Shown here piece after piece: positions 13,584-15,037 of a stretch of DNA of 15,037 bases (within the stretch, counting starts at the first letter, position 1; every line of letters begins with the position of its first letter). The stretch is from Abditibacteriaceae bacterium (GTDB taxonomy: Bacteria > Armatimonadota > Abditibacteriia > Abditibacteriales > Abditibacteriaceae), in NCBI GenBank assembly GCA_031372065.1, contig JANMKN010000228.1, positions 1 through 15,037 of the forward strand, given 5' to 3'. The translations under genes and the position numbers were made by a program. Under the pieces are notes generated by a model. It worked only from the letters and a program-made list of their open reading frames with translations, was not told where the DNA came from and did not search any database.

Positions 13584-15037
13584 TTATTTTCCGTCTTCCC
13601 ATTGCAGAAGCAGCAACGAAACCGCTTGGCGCGGCAAATTAAAATTCAAGGTGGTTTGGGTATTCTCGACACTTACTTTCTGCGGTTCCCATTCGGCCAA
13701 CAGGCCCTCTCTTTTCAGTTGCGCGATTTGTTCGATGGTCGGGTTTTGCGGCGAACCCATTTTCTGCCACGCTGCGAAGGAATTGCTATAGGTTTGATCA
13801 ATCACAAAAGTCCGCAAACGCGCCGCGCCGTTTTTCGGCAGGTTGCTGATTTTTAGCTCAACCGCCGCGTCGTCGCCGCGCACATCGTCGTCGTGATAAT
13901 GCCACGCCATCACAGCCAGTTGGTTTTTATCCAACGATGAAATCGCCCCAACATCCGGCGCTTGGCGCACGCCGTTTTTCAGGATGTCGTCGAGAGAAAT
14001 CTGCGCCGAACTTTGCACTTTTAGTTGCTGTCCGCTCATTTTGCCGAACATCCGAAACACATTGAGAACCGGCAAATCAATGCCTTCGCTGGCAAGGGCG
14101 CGAAAACCGGCGAAATAAGCCTGATTTTCAAATTCAAAAGCCCACGTTAAAGCGCCTTCCAAGTTCACGCCATGACGCTCGGCCAATTCCAATTTACGCG
14201 GAAAACTGGCCGCAGTGTAACTCGAATAAACCGTGCCATTGCGATAGCTGAACTGCGGCCCCTGACAGGCGGCGCAGCCTTCGGGGTCGCTTTCGCCAAT
14301 GACAATCGGTTTGTTTTTGACTTCGGGAAACGAAGAAATTATTTTAAAACCATCGTCAATGGTGCGTAGCTGGTTGGCGATGCCCATGCGAATATGGCCG
14401 TCCACAAACTGCGGCGAACCTTTGGCGTGAAACGACATGAAATCCAGCGGCGTGCCGGTTTTACCCGTCGCGTAATTGGTGCCACGCAAGCAATGCTCTA
14501 AAAAGTCGCTTTGCAATTTGCCGCCGCTTCCGGCCCAATCTGGGCCACCGACGCGCGCCGTCGGCAAGGCGCGTTTCACGCCGTCAATGGCGTAATCGTG
14601 CAGCTTGCGAAACTCTTCCGATGTGCCGCGCCAATAGCCGATATTCGGCTCATTCCACGTTTCCCAATACCAACTTTCCACTTCCTGCCGGCCATATTTT
14701 TCAACGCAGTGCTTTGTCCATTGATAAACCAGTTCGCGCCACTTGTTGTAGTCTTTGGGCGGATAAGTCCAGCCGGTAAAAATCTCGTCGTATTTCGCGG
14801 TGGGCGTCCAGTGATGGCGATACGGTTCGGGCTTGATGGAAAGCGCTTGCGGCATGAAACCGATTTGCACATACGGCTTGATGCCGTTTTGCAAATACGC
14901 GTCAAAAATCCCGTCCACAATCGTCCAATTATAAACCGCGTTGCCGTTGGCGTCTTCGGTATAAGCGTTGGTGCTCCCCCATTTTAAGGCGGGCGTGCCA
15001 TTGCCGGTGGTCAGCAAATTGTGCGCGCGAAAATAAA
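13584..15037 (-). CDS. GH39 beta-xylosidase-like glycoside hydrolase, 5' end outside the window
   Basis: WETWNEPN (acid/base), SFHAKG and VIGESDPEGCAAC (nucleophile region) are present. The frame stays open to the window edge (YFRAHNLLTTG). Confidence 0.9.
   Translation of the reverse strand, partial: YFRAHNLLTTGNGTPALKWGSTNAYTEDANGNAVYNWTIVDGIFDAYLQNGIKPYVQIGFMPQALSIKPEPYRHHWTPTAKYDEIFTGWTYPPKDYNKWRELVYQWTKHCVEKYGRQEVESWYWETWNEPNIGYWRGTSEEFRKLHDYAIDGVKRALPTARVGGPDWAGSGGKLQSDFLEHCLRGTNYATGKTGTPLDFMSFHAKGSPQFVDGHIRMGIANQLRTIDDGFKIISSFPEVKNKPIVIGESDPEGCAACQGPQFSYRNGTVYSSYTAASFPRKLELAERHGVNLEGALTWAFEFENQAYFAGFRALASEGIDLPVLNVFRMFGKMSGQQLKVQSSAQISLDDILKNGVRQAPDVGAISSLDKNQLAVMAWHYHDDDVRGDDAAVELKISNLPKNGAARLRTFVIDQTYSNSFAAWQKMGSPQNPTIEQIAQLKREGLLAEWEPQKVSVENTQTTLNFNLPRQAVSLLLLQWEDGK

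Overview
Bacterial chromosomal window, gene-dense, with no rRNA, tRNA, transposase, integrase or CRISPR that I can see. The gene content suggests an Armatimonadota/Abditibacteriota-like organism, but that is inference only. From left to right: a broken AI-2E family transporter; a ~1600-aa exported protein fusing a SpoIVB-like (S55) peptidase region, whose Ser and His motifs are in reversed order, to a beta-propeller/Ig-like module; then a minus-strand carbohydrate cluster (GH51 arabinofuranosidase, CE12 SGNH acetylesterase, exported TIM-barrel protein). An accessory block at ~10.5-13.0 kb follows, with an anti-TRAP-like zinc-finger gene, a stand-alone TIR gene and an uncharacterised helical+Fn3 gene. 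The window ends with a VOC/PhnB gene and a partial GH39 gene. The best candidate for an undescribed system is an apparently self-contained minus-strand unit at 11653-12952: promoter, a ~285-nt leader holding a 42-bp palindromic tandem array with cross-unit complementary changes, the helical+Fn3 CDS, and a terminator. All family calls come from motif recognition, not database searches.
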